Shown: piece by piece, positions 60,901 through 64,000 of the stretch
Layout of the letters: every line of letters begins with the position of its first letter
Position numbering within the stretch: the stretch's first letter is position 1
NCBI RefSeq assembly: GCF_031769215.1
Contig: NW_026782296.1
Coordinates: 186,001 to 250,000 of the forward strand
Source of the DNA: Ylistrum balloti
Taxonomy: Eukaryota
Reading direction: 5' to 3'
DNA: 64,000 bases
Made by a program: the position numbers and the translations under genes
Notes under the pieces: generated by a model
The model's input: the letters and a program-made list of their open reading frames with translations, nothing else
Database searches by the model: none
What the model was told of the DNA's origin: nothing

Positions 60901-62862
60901 GCAATGAAACATTGATGTAGTAAGTAGACATGGATTTGATGCCTCTAGTAGCACAGCCATTGATTTTGCAAGCGTTCTTCATTTTTGATGCAATTGGTCA
61001 ATCAATAGATACGTTACTGTGTAAATGTCAGTTTGAAAATCCATATCAGGGTATATTGTAAGGGAATAAAATGTGATATATTATGATCTAGACTAAACAA
61101 ATTAATAATAAACATCCATTTCTATAATTTGCCCAGTTCATCAACTCCCACACTTTCTATTTGATAGCATTAAATAGTTGTTAGTTATAAAATCTCTTGT
61201 TAAGATAAACTTTATTTTTTTTACAACAATTGCGAAACAAATTATGTCAACATACTAATCACTCTTGATGGCCCGGATGTAAGCGCACGAGGGGTCTTAT
61301 TGTGGGAGGAAACCAGAGTACCCGGGGAAAACCCACGTGGTCGGGCAGGTGACCCCTTACCTTTTCACGTCCATTCCGGGAATCGAAACTCGGTCGGCTA
61401 GGTGAAAGGCGAGTGCGTTACCACTGCACCACCCAACCACCCCATGTTAATCAGCCTCTTGATTTACACATTTCATTAATCTGATCACTTAAATTTCTTT
61501 TTAGTTATTATCAAATTTGAGTGAAAATGGATGCTTAAGATAGCTTACTGTTTGAAATTTAAAACGTAAATACACAATGCTATAGTTGTTATAATCATTT
61601 TAATCATTACGTAATTTCAGAAAGTTATATAAAATTAGATTAATCATTTGAAACATGTTCTATCAATTACATTTACCTAAATGTATTGATTAATACATGT
61701 AATTCTATTAGTAATGAATATTAATTAGTATAATTAGCTAATAATATAAATTTATTGTAGTGATCAATGCTCTCTGGGATAAATGACTTTCAAAGTTATT
61801 TTCAATTATCTATTTCTGTCAAAGTTATTTTCAATTATCTATTTCTGTTTTCAAGAATGAACAAACTCATGAAAATTAGATATATTGAAAATAAGATTGT
61901 TTGAAAAATCATAATTTGTTTTATGATTTCAGTGAACAGAAATGCTGTGTTTAAAACCCTCGGTAAAACAGCCAAATTTTGTACCATCAAAAGTATCAGT
62001 TATCTATACAATGGTATTTTCAATAAATGTTACCTATTAATCAATCAGTGTCATTTAATGGTTTCAGTTTACCATGTCAATTAAATATATCGAATCTTTT
62101 TATCAATTAATGTGATCAGTCTACGTTGTGAATAAAGTTGTCCCATTAATTGATGCAATCAATTCAGATTGTTTCTGTCTGTTTGTACTTTCACATATAT
62201 ACACTACCATTGCTGAAAATTACGTTGTAATTTATTCATATCAGCACTACCAATTCAAACTAGCCATTGTTGGTTGTTGATTAGTAGCATTCTGTGAGCA
62301 TTATGTACTTGGTGTATTTATATCTGAATGCTACAAGTGTTCCTTAAGTTTTGTTCAGGATTGCATTTAACAAGTACAGTATGCACTTGCACAAGGAAGT
62401 GAATTTACTGCAGTGAATGATTGCTGCATGCTTAACAGCTTTTATAGTGGAGTTATCACAATAAGACACATGACCAATAAGATATACAATATAAATAGTC
62501 TTTGATTGTTACAGTCAGCCAGTGGAAAGTTTACAGTATTACAGCCTGTAGGATTTTCTGTATTACTCAGGTTTGATATTGTGTCCACACATTGAGTGGG
62601 CTCTTGCTTCGAATACATTTGTATTACCAGCTGGATAACAGTGGGAGCAATGAAGTATCTTTGTCCTGATCATAATGTCTTGTTTAATTTCATTACTTTA
62701 CTCCCTTCTGTTCCACACCTCATTCCTTTCCCCATAGACTTCCATGGTTTAATGTCATATAGATGGCTGCTAGTTTATGACAGTTTTCATATGGCTGTGT
62801 GTGGGAGAGTAAGAGATCTCTATGGCCCTCAGAGGATTGAGAACATACAATCGAAAAACCAG
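45937..62862 (+). CDS. Putative unidentified gene divergent from Munc18; candidate exons only, continues beyond the window
   Basis: ATG exon 45937-45967 (MSSSSKTGSP, donor CAG|gtaagc). Other exon-like segments: 49459-49491, 54683-54691, 57228-57270, 57409-57499, 59719-59817, 62738-62862. CpG-poor sequence downstream of a CpG-rich promoter. No recognisable domain. Confidence 0.35.
47871..48395 (-). mobile_element. Head-to-tail dimer (plus start of a third unit) of a ~253-bp tRNA-derived SINE-like element
   Basis: tacaagccac recurs at 47871, 48125 and 48377. The first unit has a minus-strand A-box (tggcttagttgg) and B-box (ggttcgattcc); the second has diverged versions (tggcttaattgg, ggtttgattcc). 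Confidence 0.75.
50595..51825. repeat. 31/32-bp minisatellite
   Basis: aggaattatatactggtgtggagagtagtctt and the variant agaattatatactggtgtggccaatagtctt. Confidence 0.96.
58570..59245. repeat. 42/43-bp minisatellite with 128-bp higher-order (A-B-C) structure
   Basis: Core agatttttctgtcctttagccagtt; variant ends cycle aaaaatcccttcctcaa / aagaatctcttcatatga / tagagtcccttcataaaa. Confidence 0.93.
61256..61445 (-). mobile_element. tRNA-derived SINE with a V/Meta-type central domain
   Basis: Minus strand: A-box tggtgcagtgg, B-box gtttcgattcc, then gtgggttttccccgggtactctggtttcctcccaca, the conserved core of V-type SINEs. Confidence 0.85.
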
Positions 62863-63394
62863 GTGACAAGGTATCTGCCCACATTCTTGTTATACTGCGT
62901 GACCTTCCCCATCCTTGTTACATATATATGGTGATGCTCTCACTGATGTCAGCACAATCTTATCCTACAGTTTTATCCCTGCTACCTACAAACATACATT
63001 AAACTTCAAAGTTATAGACCAGCATATCCTCAGGAGGATGCATGTTTATTGCCAGTAAATTTCACAAGGTCACTTAAAAGCTTCACTAAAAATGAATATA
63101 TGTATACATATGATTTATATATATTTATTAATGAAGTAATAACGACAGTACAGACAAGTGAATTGTCAAATTTTCGAGGCGATCTGCCCCTTTATCAAGA
63201 CACAAATATTACATAAATTACATCACATACATAGAACATAAAACAAATACAAAGTTATAAAGTTGAATTGAGAGGGGTGGTGTAAATTGAGGTGTTCATA
63301 GAATAGTTTTTTGTCTCATATAATGGGCCTTTAACGTCTATCAGCCAAAGGGATTATTGAGACATACAAATTAAAAAGGCCATGGTCCCGTGAA

Positions 63395-64000
63395 CAATGC
63401 TATGGTCAAGTTAACAACACTTTGTTCATTTAACAACACAATGGTCAAGTTAACAATACATTGGTTAACTGAACACAATTATTTAGTTAACAATAATGTG
63501 ACTTGTCATGTCATTAACTTGACAAAGCAATGCAATGTGGTCAATATTACAACACATTGGCCCATTTAACAACACAATGGTCAAGTTGACACTGCATTGG
63601 TTAATTAACAACACAATAGTCAAGTTGACAACGCATTGTCAGTTAACAACGCAATGGTCAAGTTGACACTGCATTGGTTAGTTAACAACACAATAGTCAA
63701 GTTGACAACGCATTGTCAGTTAACAACACAATGGTCAAGTTGACACCGCATTGGTTAGTTAACAACACAATGGTCACTGCATTGTCAGTTAACAACACAA
63801 TGGTCAAGTTGACACTGCATTGGTTAGTTAACAACACAATTGTCAAGTTGACACTGCATTGGTTAGTTAACAACACAATGGTCACTGCATTGTCAGTGAA
63901 CAACACAATGGTCACTGCATTGTCAGTTAACAACACAATGGTCACTGCATTGTCTGTTAACAACACAATGGTCAAGTTGACACTGCATTGGTCAGTTAAC
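63395..64000. repeat. 30/39-bp minisatellite, truncated by the window end
   Basis: aacaacacaatggtcaagttgacactgcattggttagtt and the shorter aacaacacaatggtcactgcattgtcagtt. Confidence 0.93.

Noticed and set aside
61790-61847. Exact 29-bp tandem duplication
   Set aside because: Ordinary local slippage duplication with no associated feature.

Overview
AT-rich eukaryotic (metazoan) genomic DNA, most likely a bivalve mollusc. This is inferred from the RING-less B-box/NHL gene, the tRNA-SINE types and the Munc18 motifs, and is not proven. I reconstructed four genes by hand with GT-AG junctions and consistent reading frames: UCHL5/UCH37 (minus, 11 exons, 322 aa); a two-CDGSH CISD3-like gene head-to-head with it (plus, 3 coding exons, 124 aa); a RING-less B-box/coiled-coil/NHL TRIM-like gene with an intronless CDS (minus, 522 aa); and Munc18/STXBP1/Rop (minus, 16 exons, 593 aa). 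A fifth, unidentified plus-strand gene probably starts divergently from Munc18 at about 45.9 kb and runs off the window. Introns hold many minisatellites, tRNA-derived SINEs and a CR1-type LINE fragment; most long ORFs in the supplied track are repeat artefacts. The most striking pattern is that several intronic repeats are copies of the adjacent exon 3' end plus its splice donor (UCHL5 exons 5, 9 and 10; weaker cases in Munc18). Other leads: a candidate Rbfox-flanked 75-nt cassette exon in Munc18, substitutions at normally conserved Munc18 residues, and an extra Cys/His tail on a CISD protein that lacks an obvious transit peptide. No CRISPR array, rRNA or true tRNA gene was seen. Homology calls come from recalled motifs, not from database searches.
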